Below are positions 9,224 through 22,018 of a stretch of 47,164 bases of DNA, piece after piece; the first letter of the stretch is position 1, and each line of letters opens with the position of its first letter. The notes below the pieces were generated by a model. That model was not told where the DNA came from, searched no databases, and was given only the letters and a program-made list of their open reading frames with translations. This stretch comes from Anaeroplasmataceae bacterium (GTDB taxonomy: Bacteria > Bacillota_I > Bacilli_A > Acholeplasmatales > Anaeroplasmataceae): positions 1 through 47,164 of the forward strand of contig JAVBOS010000131.1 of NCBI GenBank assembly GCA_031550255.1, in the 5' to 3' direction. The position numbers were made by a program, and so were the translations under genes.

Positions 9224-9674
9224 AGTATTTCTTGTTATAATATAATTTTACAATTGCAGCTGATATTAAAATGAATAAATTAACTGCTAATAAAGTATAA
9301 AATATATATGGATTAATAAATCCAGTAACAACTAATGCACATGACACAACAAATAAAATAATCTTATATTCCAAAGTAAATGTTTTTTGTTTAACAAAGA
9401 TTAATCTTTCATCTTTTCTTTTAACTAAAACTTGTTCTGCATATTCTGTGTTTGATAATATTCTAAAATATAAAATATTTTTCCAAATTATTGCTCCTTC
9501 AAAAAAGACAAAGATAATCCATCTTATTAAAACCATATCCCATGTTATTTTATTTAATCTATCTTCTATAAGTGGTTCAAAGAAAGCAATAAAAATAATT
9601 GGCAGAACTGATGCTAATAGCATTATTATTAATTTGTACTTTGTTGTTTTAATTAGTCTTTCCATATTATTCAT
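9222..9674 (-). CDS. hypothetical 4-TM membrane protein co-transcribed with a short XRE regulator
   Basis: 150 aa with four hydrophobic segments. Overlaps the upstream HTH gene by 8 nt. Confidence 0.6.
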   Translation of the reverse strand: MNNMERLIKTTKYKLIIMLLASVLPIIFIAFFEPLIEDRLNKITWDMVLIRWIIFVFFEGAIIWKNILYFRILSNTEYAEQVLVKRKDERLIFVKQKTFTLEYKIILFVVSCALVVTGFINPYIFYTLLAVNLFILISAAIVKLYYNKKY

Positions 9675-9867
9675 TTCCTTCTAATTGAAATATGTCTTCC
9701 ACTCTCATATTAAAAACTTGTGCCATTTTCATAGCTAAGGCTAATGATGCCGTATATTTACCATTTTCAATTGAAATAATGGTTTGTCTAGTAACCCCTA
9801 GTTTTTTCGCCAAATCCTCTTGTGTCATATGACGATTTTTTCTTAAAATTTGTACCTTATTTATCAA
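9667..9867 (-). CDS. XRE/Cro-C1 family helix-turn-helix transcriptional regulator (short, YozG-like)
   Basis: 66 aa. MTQEDLAKKLGVTRQTIISIENGKYTASLALAMKMAQVF is a canonical HTH_3 motif. Probable TTG start after a GGGAGG SD. Confidence 0.88.
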   Translation of the reverse strand: MINKVQILRKNRHMTQEDLAKKLGVTRQTIISIENGKYTASLALAMKMAQVFNMRVEDIFQLEGNE

Positions 9868-9935
9868 TTTTAAGTCGCCTCCCTATTTTTACACTAATAT
9901 CATTTTATCATAAATGTAAAATGAATTAAACATTT

Positions 9936-10970
9936 TTATTCTAAAAAAGGATTAAAATTTTCATTTTCTTGTAAGTTTATTAAAAAATCAACAATTAAAT
10001 CAATAATATTTTCAACATCATTTAAATCACACACCTCAGATGGTGAATGCATATAACGTAAAGGAATAGAAATTAGTGCACACGGAATACCATCTTCGTT
10101 AAAATATATTTTATCAGCATCTGTTCCAGTTCTAGAAACAGCTATTTCATATTGTGTATTTATATTTAATCTTTTAGCACTTTCTAATAAAAGGTTGTTT
10201 ATTTTTTTATTAATAATTGAGCCATGGCATAACACTGGACCTTTACCAAGTTTTACATCACCAGTTCCAACACCATTGTCAGCGGTTGTAAATGTAACAT
10301 CTACAATAATTGCCATTGTAGGTTTTATTTGATATGCACCAAAAGAAGCACCTCTCATTGTTGTTTCTTCACCAACTGATGTTAATGAATAAACTCCTAC
10401 CTTTGCTTGTTTTTCTTTTGCCTTTCTTAAAGCTTCTAATACAATAAATGCACCTAGTTTATTATCTAAAGCTCTTGATGTTAATCTAGTATCGGCTAGT
10501 TGTTGATAGGTTGTTACAAATATAACATAATCTCCTGGAGATACTAATTTGCTAGCCTCTTCTTTTGAATCTACTCCTAAATCTAAAAATAATTCTTTAT
10601 CTTCAACTTTATGATCAAAGGAATTAGATTTTACACCAATTACCGCCGGAACTTTTCTTCCATCGATTGTAATAACATTTACTTTTTGTCCAACATATGA
10701 GCCTGGTCTAATTCCACCAGCAGCAACAACACTACACAGTCCATTCCCTCTTACTTCAGAAATCATTAATCCGATTTCATCGATATGTCCTGCAAGTAAA
10801 ACTTTCATGTTACTATTAGTATTTATACAATTTATTACATTTCCACTGTGGTGTTTAATGATATTATCACTGACACCTTCCATATAAGAAATAATCTTTT
10901 TTTGCATGTTAAATTCAAAACCTGATGGTGATTCAGTATTTAACATTTCTAATAAAAAATCTTTATTCAT
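9936..10970 (-). CDS. M42 family metallopeptidase (glutamyl aminopeptidase / YsdC-FrvX-like)
   Basis: 344 aa. Motifs LLAGHIDEIGLMI, SRALDNKLG, SVGEETTMRGA and a C-terminal RYMHSPSE. Confidence 0.88.
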   Translation of the reverse strand: MNKDFLLEMLNTESPSGFEFNMQKKIISYMEGVSDNIIKHHSGNVINCINTNSNMKVLLAGHIDEIGLMISEVRGNGLCSVVAAGGIRPGSYVGQKVNVITIDGRKVPAVIGVKSNSFDHKVEDKELFLDLGVDSKEEASKLVSPGDYVIFVTTYQQLADTRLTSRALDNKLGAFIVLEALRKAKEKQAKVGVYSLTSVGEETTMRGASFGAYQIKPTMAIIVDVTFTTADNGVGTGDVKLGKGPVLCHGSIINKKINNLLLESAKRLNINTQYEIAVSRTGTDADKIYFNEDGIPCALISIPLRYMHSPSEVCDLNDVENIIDLIVDFLINLQENENFNPFLE

Positions 10971-11054
10971 TTTATTACCTCACTTTTATAGTATTATACT
11001 ATTATTTTTTGTCCTTATCAAATAAATATACTTTTCATAGTATATATTGAGTAA

Positions 11055-11684
11055 GTGGGTGATATTTTGAATTCAAATAATTACATTGGGTATAACGGAT
11101 ATTACGATTTATGTACAAGATCACTAGAAAAAAGAGAAAAAATACCAAAATCAATTTCAGTGGGTATTATGAATGGTGTCATAGCACAATTTTTAGCCGA
11201 CCTATTCTTTAGTCTATTTTTTAATGATGAAAGTATTTTAGAAAACGATATAGAGATATCACCCGCGACACAATACTATGCAGCTGTAGCAGCAGGTGCA
11301 ATTGGTGGATATGGAAGTTTATATCTAGATAGATTTGCTATTGTAGCATTAACTAACACAACATATGTTTTTGTAAACAATTATATAAGTTCAATGTTAA
11401 ATGAAACTGAATTTGATTTATCAACCGAAGATCTTATTTTCGATATTATTGCTACTGTAGTTATATTATTATTGTTTGACAAAAAAGCTACTAATGATTT
11501 TATTAATCACTACAATGAAAAGCATGGAATTATGACAAGGCCTTTAGATACGAAAAAAACCGCCGGTGAGGCCGTTTTTATTTCAATTATTACTAACGCA
11601 TTTTTTGAGTTTAAACGAGGTTTTGTTGCAGCAACAGGTAATGCTGGTGCAGTAAGTGTTGGTGTTGATATAGATAGCGATTAG
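11055..11684 (+). CDS. hypothetical protein (Ala/Gly-rich hydrophobic segments)
   Basis: One of the few plus-strand ORFs in a minus-strand context. Start is uncertain: GTG at 11055, or TTG at 11067 after GGGTGAT. No family recognised. Confidence 0.45.
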   Translation: MGDILNSNNYIGYNGYYDLCTRSLEKREKIPKSISVGIMNGVIAQFLADLFFSLFFNDESILENDIEISPATQYYAAVAAGAIGGYGSLYLDRFAIVALTNTTYVFVNNYISSMLNETEFDLSTEDLIFDIIATVVILLLFDKKATNDFINHYNEKHGIMTRPLDTKKTAGEAVFISIITNAFFEFKRGFVAATGNAGAVSVGVDIDSD

Positions 11685-12403
11685 TTTATTAACATAGAAA
11701 TCACTAAAATAATTTCTACATGTAATGGATAAAAAAGATAATTAAATACTCTAACAAATTTACCATTTAATCCTAACTGATGATTATACAACAAAATAAA
11801 AGCGATTGAAAAAATATTGTATAGTGTCATGGTATAGAAGTAATTTGTATATGTTATGTCTGCTAAATAATAAATAGCATTAGCAAAGATAATAGCAATG
11901 GCATATGCTAAATTTCTATTTTTTAAATACTTAGTAGAAATATACATTAATAATATTAAAACAATTCCAAAAAATTCATATTCCATTTGAATGAATCCTA
12001 TATTAAAGTAATCAAATAAACATAATGCAATTGGAATTAAAACAAATATTTTTTTAAATCCATCTTTTTTTAAAAAATAAATTGATAATGCCCCTAAAAA
12101 AAGAATTGTAACTGCATTTCCAAAATAATCTCTTGTCCCAATATAAATTAATAAATCAACAATAACTGCTAAACTAAATAATCTGGCTAAATACTTAATT
12201 TCATTTTTTGTATAATACATTCCTTCTACTATTAAAAAAGCAAATAAAACAAAAGAGACTCTTCCAATATTTCGGCATATGCTATACCAGACCGAATTAT
12301 AGCCAATTAAATGGTATCCAACATGATCAAAAACCATAGTTACCATTGCTATTATTCTTATTTCAAATGAATTTAATTTTATTTTTTCTAACAATCTAAT
12401 CAC
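11681..12403 (-). CDS. TraX family membrane protein
   Basis: 240-aa polytopic protein. The N-terminal IRIIAMVTMVFDHVGY motif is typical of TraX-family acyltransferase-like proteins. Confidence 0.8.
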   Translation of the reverse strand: MIRLLEKIKLNSFEIRIIAMVTMVFDHVGYHLIGYNSVWYSICRNIGRVSFVLFAFLIVEGMYYTKNEIKYLARLFSLAVIVDLLIYIGTRDYFGNAVTILFLGALSIYFLKKDGFKKIFVLIPIALCLFDYFNIGFIQMEYEFFGIVLILLMYISTKYLKNRNLAYAIAIIFANAIYYLADITYTNYFYTMTLYNIFSIAFILLYNHQLGLNGKFVRVFNYLFYPLHVEIILVISMLIN

Positions 12404-12413
12404 CTATTTCGAA

Positions 12414-12440
12414 CAAAAAAGCCTTTATAAGGCTTTTTTT
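12414..12440 (-). terminator. rho-independent terminator after the M29 aminopeptidase gene (bidirectional shape)
   Basis: aaaaaagcctt-tat-aaggcttttttt. A and T runs on both sides. Confidence 0.75.
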
Positions 12441-12441
12441 A

Positions 12442-13668
12442 TTAAATATTCCATACTCCATCTTTAAATATAACATGTTCTTTTCCATTAAAATCGTATC
12501 CCTTAATAGATAAGTCTGCTGAACCAATCATGAAGTCTACATGATTAACAGATTCATTAACATTGGCTTTTTTAAAGTCTTCTTTAGACATTTTTTCATA
12601 AACTTTAATATTATTTTCAAAAGCTTGCCCAAAAGCTAAATGGCAGCAGGCATTTTCATCAAATAAAGTATTATAGAATAATAATCCTGTTTGATTAATT
12701 GGAGAGTCAAATGGAACTAACGCAACTTCACCTAGGTATCTACTGTTTTCATCCATATTTAACATTGTTTCTAAAACTTCCAAACCTTTTTTAGCTTCAA
12801 CTTTAACACATTTACCATTTTCAAAATAACATACGAAATCTTCAATTAATTGCCCTTGGTAACTTAATGGTTTAGTTGCGACAACTTTTCCATTAATACC
12901 GAATTTTTCTGGCATTGTAAATACTTCTTCTGTAGGCATGTTTGCAGTAAAATCACGACCTTTTTTATTTGTTTCTCTGGCGCTAATCCAGTAATGATTA
13001 GGTTGTAATTTTATAGTTAAGTTTGTTCCGTTTTTACTTTCGTATTTTAAATAATCTAAATTAAGTGCATTTAATTTATTACTCTTTTCATTTAAATACT
13101 TAATGTGATCCATCCATTGTTTAACCGGATTACTTGTATCTATTCTTGTTGTTTTAATAATTGCTTCCCACAATTTTTTAATAGCTACTTTTGGTTTTTC
13201 ATTAGGGAATACTTTAGTTGCCCAAGCTTCTGATGGAACAGCAATAATCAACCATTGATTGTTATTTTCTTCCATATCACGATATTTTTTTAATACCTTA
13301 TATCTTGCAACTCTAGAAGCGGATACTTTTTTCATATCAACTCCAGCATATGCATCTGGATTTTCATCATCAACATAAATATAACAAGGTAAAGATTCTC
13401 CTCTATGAAGTGCTCTTGCTTCTTGCCATGGTAAAACAGTACTCATTGTTTCTAAAGATTGATTCATTAAACCAATTTTTGAAATCACTTCATTAGTCCA
13501 TTCAACACTTACACTTCTTGCTCCTGCTTTATAGCATTCTTCAACAATATAAGTAGCAAACTCAGATTGTTTTGTAGAAATAGTTAAAACAACATCTTGT
13601 CCTTTTTTTAAGTTGATTCCTATTTTAACTGCTACTTTAGCAAATCTTTTATAAATACTTTTATTCAT
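12442..13668 (-). CDS. M29 family aminopeptidase (AmpS/PepS-like)
   Basis: About 408 aa with family-like sequence throughout (EVALVPFDSPI, HLAFGQAF, NESVNHVDFMIG). Start moved to MNKS at 13668 after a GGAGG SD; the track ORF extends to 13692. Confidence 0.88.
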   Translation of the reverse strand: MNKSIYKRFAKVAVKIGINLKKGQDVVLTISTKQSEFATYIVEECYKAGARSVSVEWTNEVISKIGLMNQSLETMSTVLPWQEARALHRGESLPCYIYVDDENPDAYAGVDMKKVSASRVARYKVLKKYRDMEENNNQWLIIAVPSEAWATKVFPNEKPKVAIKKLWEAIIKTTRIDTSNPVKQWMDHIKYLNEKSNKLNALNLDYLKYESKNGTNLTIKLQPNHYWISARETNKKGRDFTANMPTEEVFTMPEKFGINGKVVATKPLSYQGQLIEDFVCYFENGKCVKVEAKKGLEVLETMLNMDENSRYLGEVALVPFDSPINQTGLLFYNTLFDENACCHLAFGQAFENNIKVYEKMSKEDFKKANVNESVNHVDFMIGSADLSIKGYDFNGKEHVIFKDGVWNI

Positions 13669-14110
13669 TACTTCTTTCCTCCAGTAATTCATTTATTTGA
13701 AATTCATTAAAAACAATTAATCCATTTTGTTTTAATAGTTTAACTGTTATACCTTGTCCATCTATTAAATTAGAATTGAAATTTCCATCATAAACTTTGT
13801 GCGTTCCACAAGATGGACTATTTTCTTTTAATAATGCTTTTTTACAATTGTACTTTTTAGCTAATTCTAGAGCTTTTCTTGCTCCATTATTGAAATTATT
13901 TGTAACATTTTTATTTGTTATAGTTATAACTTCATTATCTTTAATTTCACTTTTTTCTCTAGGAATTGTTAAATTCCCCATTACCTCAGGGCATATTAGA
14001 ATGAAGTTATATTTTTGTTTTAATTGCTCAATTAAAGGTTGATAATTATTACCACCATTATATTTAACATTATTTCCACACAAACAACTGCTAACTAAAA
14101 TATTTTCCAT
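13661..14110 (-). CDS. DUF523 (YbbK-like) domain protein
   Basis: 149 aa. The N-terminal ILVSSCLCGNNVKYNGG and ENSPSCG motifs are characteristic of DUF523. Confidence 0.75.
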   Translation of the reverse strand: MENILVSSCLCGNNVKYNGGNNYQPLIEQLKQKYNFILICPEVMGNLTIPREKSEIKDNEVITITNKNVTNNFNNGARKALELAKKYNCKKALLKENSPSCGTHKVYDGNFNSNLIDGQGITVKLLKQNGLIVFNEFQINELLEERSNE

Positions 14111-14115
14111 ATTTA

Positions 14116-16823
<2,708 letters not shown>

Positions 16824-16883
16824 AAAATCACTCTTCCATTCATACCATACTTTTAATTATACTATAATAATAGTATATTGAAA

Positions 16884-17411
16884 CTAACTTTCTTCAATTA
16901 TATGTAATAAAACATATCTTTTTAGCATATTTGAAAGTTCTCTATCTGTTTTTGTAATGATATTATCATTTAAAACAATTATAGTTCCCATAAAGTCACC
17001 ATTTGAAACAATTTTTTTCGCTAATAAGCATGTTTTATTTTGATAATTTTTTGTTATGTTAACATTTGTTGTTTTTAATAACTCAACTTCATCTTTATCA
17101 ACAACAAGTTTAATAAAACCCTCTAATATTTCTTCTTCTATCTTTACAATATCCGTTGTTGATGCTATTACTTTAGTTTTATCAGTAATTATAATATCAG
17201 ATTTAGTTTCTTCTTTAATTGCTTGTAATAATTTTACAAGAGAATTGGTCATTTCACTTATTGGACTATACTTAGTTAATATCACTTGATCATTATTAGT
17301 ATAAATGTCTAATAGGTCTCCTGAACCAACTCTCAATCTTTTTCTTATTTCTTTAGGAATAACAATTCTTCCAAGTTCGTCAATTCGTCTAATTACGCCT
17401 GTTTCTTTCAT
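16884..17411 (-). CDS. spoVT: stage V sporulation protein T (AbrB-family regulator with GAF-like C-terminus)
   Basis: MKETGVIRRIDELGRIVIPKEIRKRLRV is a SpoVT/AbrB swapped-hairpin motif. The gene lies directly downstream of mfd, as in Bacillus. Start at 17411 follows an AAGGAGG SD; the track ORF extends to 17444. Confidence 0.88.
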   Translation of the reverse strand: MKETGVIRRIDELGRIVIPKEIRKRLRVGSGDLLDIYTNNDQVILTKYSPISEMTNSLVKLLQAIKEETKSDIIITDKTKVIASTTDIVKIEEEILEGFIKLVVDKDEVELLKTTNVNITKNYQNKTCLLAKKIVSNGDFMGTIIVLNDNIITKTDRELSNMLKRYVLLHIIEES

Positions 17412-17461
17412 ATTTTTTGCCTCCTTTTTTGTTATTTTAACCAAAGTTAGGCAAAATATTA

Positions 17462-20400
17462 CTATTTTTTCAATTCATCAAGATAAATAACAAGCGGAAT
17501 CATCCAACTATTGTTTGGATAATTTTTTCGGTCAATTTGAATTTGAATTTGTTTATTAAAGTAATTAAGTTTAATATCTTTATTTATTTTGTTTGCCAAC
17601 ATAAACAATTTATTTCCATCGGCCTTATCACTTCTTTTTTTACTCATAAATAAAATGACCTGATTATTTCTATTATGATCGATTTTTTCAATATCAAACT
17701 CTTTACATAGATTTTTAAATAGTTTTTCATACATATAAAATTCTAAAGTTTCATCAAAAAAGCCAAATCTATCGATAAGTTCTTTCTTTAAACTTTCCAT
17801 TTCTGAAATAGTTTTTAAATAATCTATCTTTTTATGAATTTCAATTTTAACATCTTCATTATTTATATACTTATTATCGATATGCCTTGATGCATAAACA
17901 TTGCTTAAAGATATATCAGGTGGTTCAATAGGTTTTTCTTCGATTTTTTCTCCGCGTCTTTCTTTAATTTCATCTTCAAGTATTTTCATGTACATTTCTA
18001 ATCCAACACTCTCAACAAATCCCGACTGATCTTCACCGAGTAAATCACCTGATCCCCTAATTGCTAAATCTCTCATGGCTATCTTAAATCCACTACCAAG
18101 TTCTGTTAACTCTTTAATTGCTTGTAATCTTTTTTCAGCAAGTTCTGTTAATATCTTCTTAGGTTGATGCATCAAATAAGCATAAGCTATCTTATTACTA
18201 CGACCAACACGACCACGTAACTGATATAACTGTGATAACCCAAGCCTGTCGGCATCATGAATTATTAATGTATTTGTATCAGGCATATCGATGCCTGTTT
18301 CAATAATTGTTGTGCATACTAACACATCATATTCTTTATCAATGAAATCGCATAAAACTTTTTCTAATTGATCCTTAGATAATTTACCATGTCCTACACA
18401 AACTCTAGCCTCTGGCACAAGTTTATGTATTTTAGCAGCTACTAATTCAATATCTTCTACAACATTATACATGTAAAAAATCTGTCCACCACGCGCCATT
18501 TCGCGCTCTATTGCCTCTTTGATTATTGTATCATTTCTTTCCAAAACATATGTTTGTACCGGATATCTATTTTTAGGAGGAGTTTCAATCATAGACAAAT
18601 CTTTAATACCAATAATAGACATTTGTAATGTTCTTGGTATTGGTGTAGCTGATAATGTTATTGTATCAACATTTACTTTTAATTCTTTAATTTTTTCTTT
18701 ATGTGTAACTCCAAATCTTTGTTCTTCATCAATAATTAGAAGTCCTAAATCTTTAAATTTTATTTCTTCCGATAAAATTCTATGTGTTCCAATAATTACA
18801 TCAGTTTGGCCTTTTTTTACCTTTTCTATAACTTCATTTTGCTTTTTAGTACTAACAAATCTATTAAGTAATTCTACATCAATTCCAAACTTATCCATTC
18901 GATTTTTAAAAGTATGATAGTGCTGACGAGACAAGATGGTAGTAGGTGCTAATACGGCTACTTGCTTACCACTTAAAACAGCTTTAAAGGCTGCCCTTAA
19001 TGCCACTTCTGTCTTTCCATAACCCACATCTCCACAAACTAATCTATCCATTGGTTTTGATGATTCCATATCTTCCTTAATATCATTAACAGCTTGTTGT
19101 TGATCATCAGTTAATTCATAAGGAAAATCCGCTTCAAAAATAGCTTGTTCAGGCAAATCAATTGGATACTGAAAGCCTTGTGCCATTTGTCTTGCAGCAT
19201 ACAGTTTAATCAATTTTTCACTGATTTCATGAACTCTAGTCTTAACCTTTTGTTTTGCCTTAGCCCATTCTGTTCCGCCCAATGTTGTAAGTTTTGGTGC
19301 GGATACATCACTTGCACCATATTTTTGAATTAAGTTAATTTGTTCTATTGGGATATATAAAGCATCGCCTTTAGCATAACTTACATGGATATAATCTCTT
19401 TTTACGTTATTATTTTCCATTGTTTTAAGACCCAAATATCTTCCGATACCATAGTCGTAATGTACAACATAATCTCCAATTGCTAATTCATCATATTTTG
19501 ATATCTTTGTTGAATTAGAATATATTGATTTATATTTAATTTTTCTTTGTTCATGTGTTGTTTCAAAAATACTTTTTTCATTTAAAATCAAAATGTGTTC
19601 ATTCATTAATTCAAAGCTTGGTGAATATTCATCACTTATAATATTCACTTTACCTTTATTAATGTCTTTAGCATCTTTTACCAAAGCATAATAAATTGAA
19701 TTATCCAAACATGTTTCTTTAAACCTATCTAGACGAGTAGGATTTTTAATAAATATAATTACTACTTTATCATGTACAAATTTTTTCAAATCAGAAACTA
19801 TCATTTTTTGATCAGAATGATAAGAAATTGTTTCTTTACTAAAAATATCAATTGCATTTTTTTTGCTTGAATTAAGTCCTTCGATATACGTTATATTGTT
19901 AAATTCAAATAATTTATTAATGGTTAAAAAGTAATCTAGTTTTAATAAATTATATCCACCAATTCCACTACAAAATTCTTCTAAATCTTTAATAACTGTG
20001 TCGAATCCATTTATTAATTTTAATTGATCAACCACATATATTTTTTTATTTTCCACATACTCAAATATTGTTTGTTTATCATCAGTAAAAAAACCAATAT
20101 ATCTAGTTAGCATATCTAAATTGTTTCTTTCGGTTAAATCAAATAAATCTTTATTAAATTTTTCTAATTCATCATTACTAAATTTATTTTCCTTCAAGAA
20201 AAAATTAAATTTATTTATTGCTTCTTCAAGTTGGTCATTTGTATAGATCATCTCTGTAAAAGGAAGTATTTCTACCTCATTTACTGTAGATTTTGATATT
20301 TGTGTATCTATATCATATACTTTAATATTTTCTATATCATCACCAAAAAAATCTAATCTAACTGGTTCGGAGTAATTAAGAGGAAAAATATCCAAAATGC

Positions 20401-20920
20401 TTCCTCTTTTACTAAATTGACCACTTTTAGTTGTCGTATATACACTTTGATAACCAAGGGAAATAAGTTTTTTTACTAAATCATTTATATCTAACGTATC
20501 ATTTATTTTTAAACTAAGAAATGACTGTTGCCATTTGTTTTTAGAAAATTGGAACTTAATGGCTCCATTTAGATGAGTGATAATAATTCTTTTCTTGTTA
20601 CTCTTTAATAAAGCTGTAATTGTATTAATTCTTTCAAACTTAAAATCTCCACTACTAATTAACATTTCAGCAGTTATTAGTTCATCTGCTGGATAAAATA
20701 ATATATCATCTTCTGGTAAAATATTTATTAATTCATCATAATATTTTTGAGCTAAAAATAAATTTGGTAAAACAATAAAAAGACTTTTTTTGTCTTGTAA
20801 AAAGTCTGAAGCTATCATCATAATATTATAATTATCATTTGAATTTGATAAAGTAATATTATCTTTATTAATAATATTTTTTAACTGCGTTTCTCTTAAT
20901 AAATAATCTGTTAGTATCAT
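17462..20920 (-). CDS. mfd: transcription-repair coupling factor
   Basis: 1152 aa. Contains a CarD-like RID region, helicase motifs GDVGYGKTEVA, DEEQRFGV and TATPIPRT, and a TRG motif region. Confidence 0.96.
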   Translation of the reverse strand: MILTDYLLRETQLKNIINKDNITLSNSNDNYNIMMIASDFLQDKKSLFIVLPNLFLAQKYYDELINILPEDDILFYPADELITAEMLISSGDFKFERINTITALLKSNKKRIIITHLNGAIKFQFSKNKWQQSFLSLKINDTLDINDLVKKLISLGYQSVYTTTKSGQFSKRGSILDIFPLNYSEPVRLDFFGDDIENIKVYDIDTQISKSTVNEVEILPFTEMIYTNDQLEEAINKFNFFLKENKFSNDELEKFNKDLFDLTERNNLDMLTRYIGFFTDDKQTIFEYVENKKIYVVDQLKLINGFDTVIKDLEEFCSGIGGYNLLKLDYFLTINKLFEFNNITYIEGLNSSKKNAIDIFSKETISYHSDQKMIVSDLKKFVHDKVVIIFIKNPTRLDRFKETCLDNSIYYALVKDAKDINKGKVNIISDEYSPSFELMNEHILILNEKSIFETTHEQRKIKYKSIYSNSTKISKYDELAIGDYVVHYDYGIGRYLGLKTMENNNVKRDYIHVSYAKGDALYIPIEQINLIQKYGASDVSAPKLTTLGGTEWAKAKQKVKTRVHEISEKLIKLYAARQMAQGFQYPIDLPEQAIFEADFPYELTDDQQQAVNDIKEDMESSKPMDRLVCGDVGYGKTEVALRAAFKAVLSGKQVAVLAPTTILSRQHYHTFKNRMDKFGIDVELLNRFVSTKKQNEVIEKVKKGQTDVIIGTHRILSEEIKFKDLGLLIIDEEQRFGVTHKEKIKELKVNVDTITLSATPIPRTLQMSIIGIKDLSMIETPPKNRYPVQTYVLERNDTIIKEAIEREMARGGQIFYMYNVVEDIELVAAKIHKLVPEARVCVGHGKLSKDQLEKVLCDFIDKEYDVLVCTTIIETGIDMPDTNTLIIHDADRLGLSQLYQLRGRVGRSNKIAYAYLMHQPKKILTELAEKRLQAIKELTELGSGFKIAMRDLAIRGSGDLLGEDQSGFVESVGLEMYMKILEDEIKERRGEKIEEKPIEPPDISLSNVYASRHIDNKYINNEDVKIEIHKKIDYLKTISEMESLKKELIDRFGFFDETLEFYMYEKLFKNLCKEFDIEKIDHNRNNQVILFMSKKRSDKADGNKLFMLANKINKDIKLNYFNKQIQIQIDRKNYPNNSWMIPLVIYLDELKK

Positions 20921-20934
20921 ACTAGCAATCTCCT

Positions 20935-20967
20935 TTAAAAAATAAAAAAGAGGGAAATTTTATTCCC
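20935..20967 (-). other. hairpin plus U-run inside the predicted mfd leader
   Basis: gggaa (20952-20956) / ttccc (20963-20967), followed on the minus strand by TCTTTTTTATTTTTT. It lies between the predicted promoter and the mfd SD. Confidence 0.35.
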
Positions 20968-20985
20968 ACTATTTACTACACTAAT

Positions 20986-21014
20986 ATTATACAAAAATAT
21001 ATTTACATATTCAA
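20986..21014 (-). promoter_or_regulatory. sigma-A-type promoter candidate for mfd (TTGAAT-17-TATAAT)
   Basis: The reverse complement reads TTGAAT atgtaaatatatttttg TATAAT. It lies 66 nt upstream of the mfd ATG. Confidence 0.5.
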
Positions 21015-21033
21015 TTTAAAAAGTATAATTGTT

Positions 21034-21540
21034 TTATTTAATTAATATATATCTCCATAATTTATCTTTATATTCTTTAGCATAATCAATCCCTATTCTT
21101 TTATCCACTTTATACTTATATTCCGTATTATCTTTTTCTATCCAAATAATATCCGATGAAATTAAACTTATTTTATTATAAGACATATCAATATTTAGTT
21201 GTTTCGTTAGAATTCCAGGTTTGTGTAAATCATCTAATCCTCTAATTAAAACAGCTTGAGGATTATTTTCATCAGCAACAACAATGTTCATTAAGACATA
21301 TATCCCATATATTAAATATGTATATATATGCCCTCCTTCTAAATACAATGTTTCTGTTCTTTTTGTTCTTCCCTTGCTGGCGTGACATGCTAAATCACTT
21401 TCTCCGCAATATGCTTCAACTTCAGTAATTTGTTTTCTGATTATTTGATTTCCTTGTTTTATACAAAGATACGCCCCTATCAAATCCGGTGCCACTTCTA
21501 ATGCATCTCTTATAAAAAATCCTTTTTCCAATCTTTTCAT
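21034..21540 (-). CDS. mpg: DNA-3-methyladenine glycosylase (Mpg/AAG family)
   Basis: 168 aa. FFIRDALEVAPDLIGAYL, TEVEAYCGESDLACHASKGRTKRT and LIRG are typical of the AAG family. Confidence 0.88.
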   Translation of the reverse strand: MKRLEKGFFIRDALEVAPDLIGAYLCIKQGNQIIRKQITEVEAYCGESDLACHASKGRTKRTETLYLEGGHIYTYLIYGIYVLMNIVVADENNPQAVLIRGLDDLHKPGILTKQLNIDMSYNKISLISSDIIWIEKDNTEYKYKVDKRIGIDYAKEYKDKLWRYILIK

Positions 21541-21541
21541 T

Positions 21542-21913
21542 TTACTTATTTACCAATTTTTTAATTGCATCTTCAATATTATTTAAAAAATAAATGTGAT
21601 TCCCTTTATTACATTCATAAATAAAGTCTTTTAATGGTTTGCTTGTGTAATGATCAAACGATCCTATTATGGCTAATTTTATTTGATAATTAACGAATTT
21701 TTGTAGTAACTCTCCAGCTAATTTTGAACTCAGTATAAAAAAGTCTTCAATTACCGCCTCTTTATTAATGATTATTCTATTAGAATCATAATCATAAATT
21801 ATTGTGGCTATTAAATCTAAAGTAGAATTAACATCTTTTATTACTAATTGATTACTATTAATTACCACTATTTTTATATTGTTTTTTTCTACAACACTAA
21901 TTTCCATAAACAA
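21542..21913 (-). CDS. DUF4180 domain protein
   Basis: 123 aa. The pattern ...IKIVVINS...DVNSTLDLIATIIYDY..IIINKEAV.EDFF.LSSKLAGELLQKFVNYQIKLAIIG...KPLKDFIYECNKGNHIYF matches DUF4180 as recalled. Confidence 0.75.
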   Translation of the reverse strand: MFMEISVVEKNNIKIVVINSNQLVIKDVNSTLDLIATIIYDYDSNRIIINKEAVIEDFFILSSKLAGELLQKFVNYQIKLAIIGSFDHYTSKPLKDFIYECNKGNHIYFLNNIEDAIKKLVNK

Positions 21914-22018
21914 ACATGTCCTCTCTTATTATAAAAACTTCCAATTAAAGTATTTTAATATAATATTATCTTTTTAAGGAATTTCTATTCAATGTAGTTA
22001 ATACTTCTGAAAATATAG

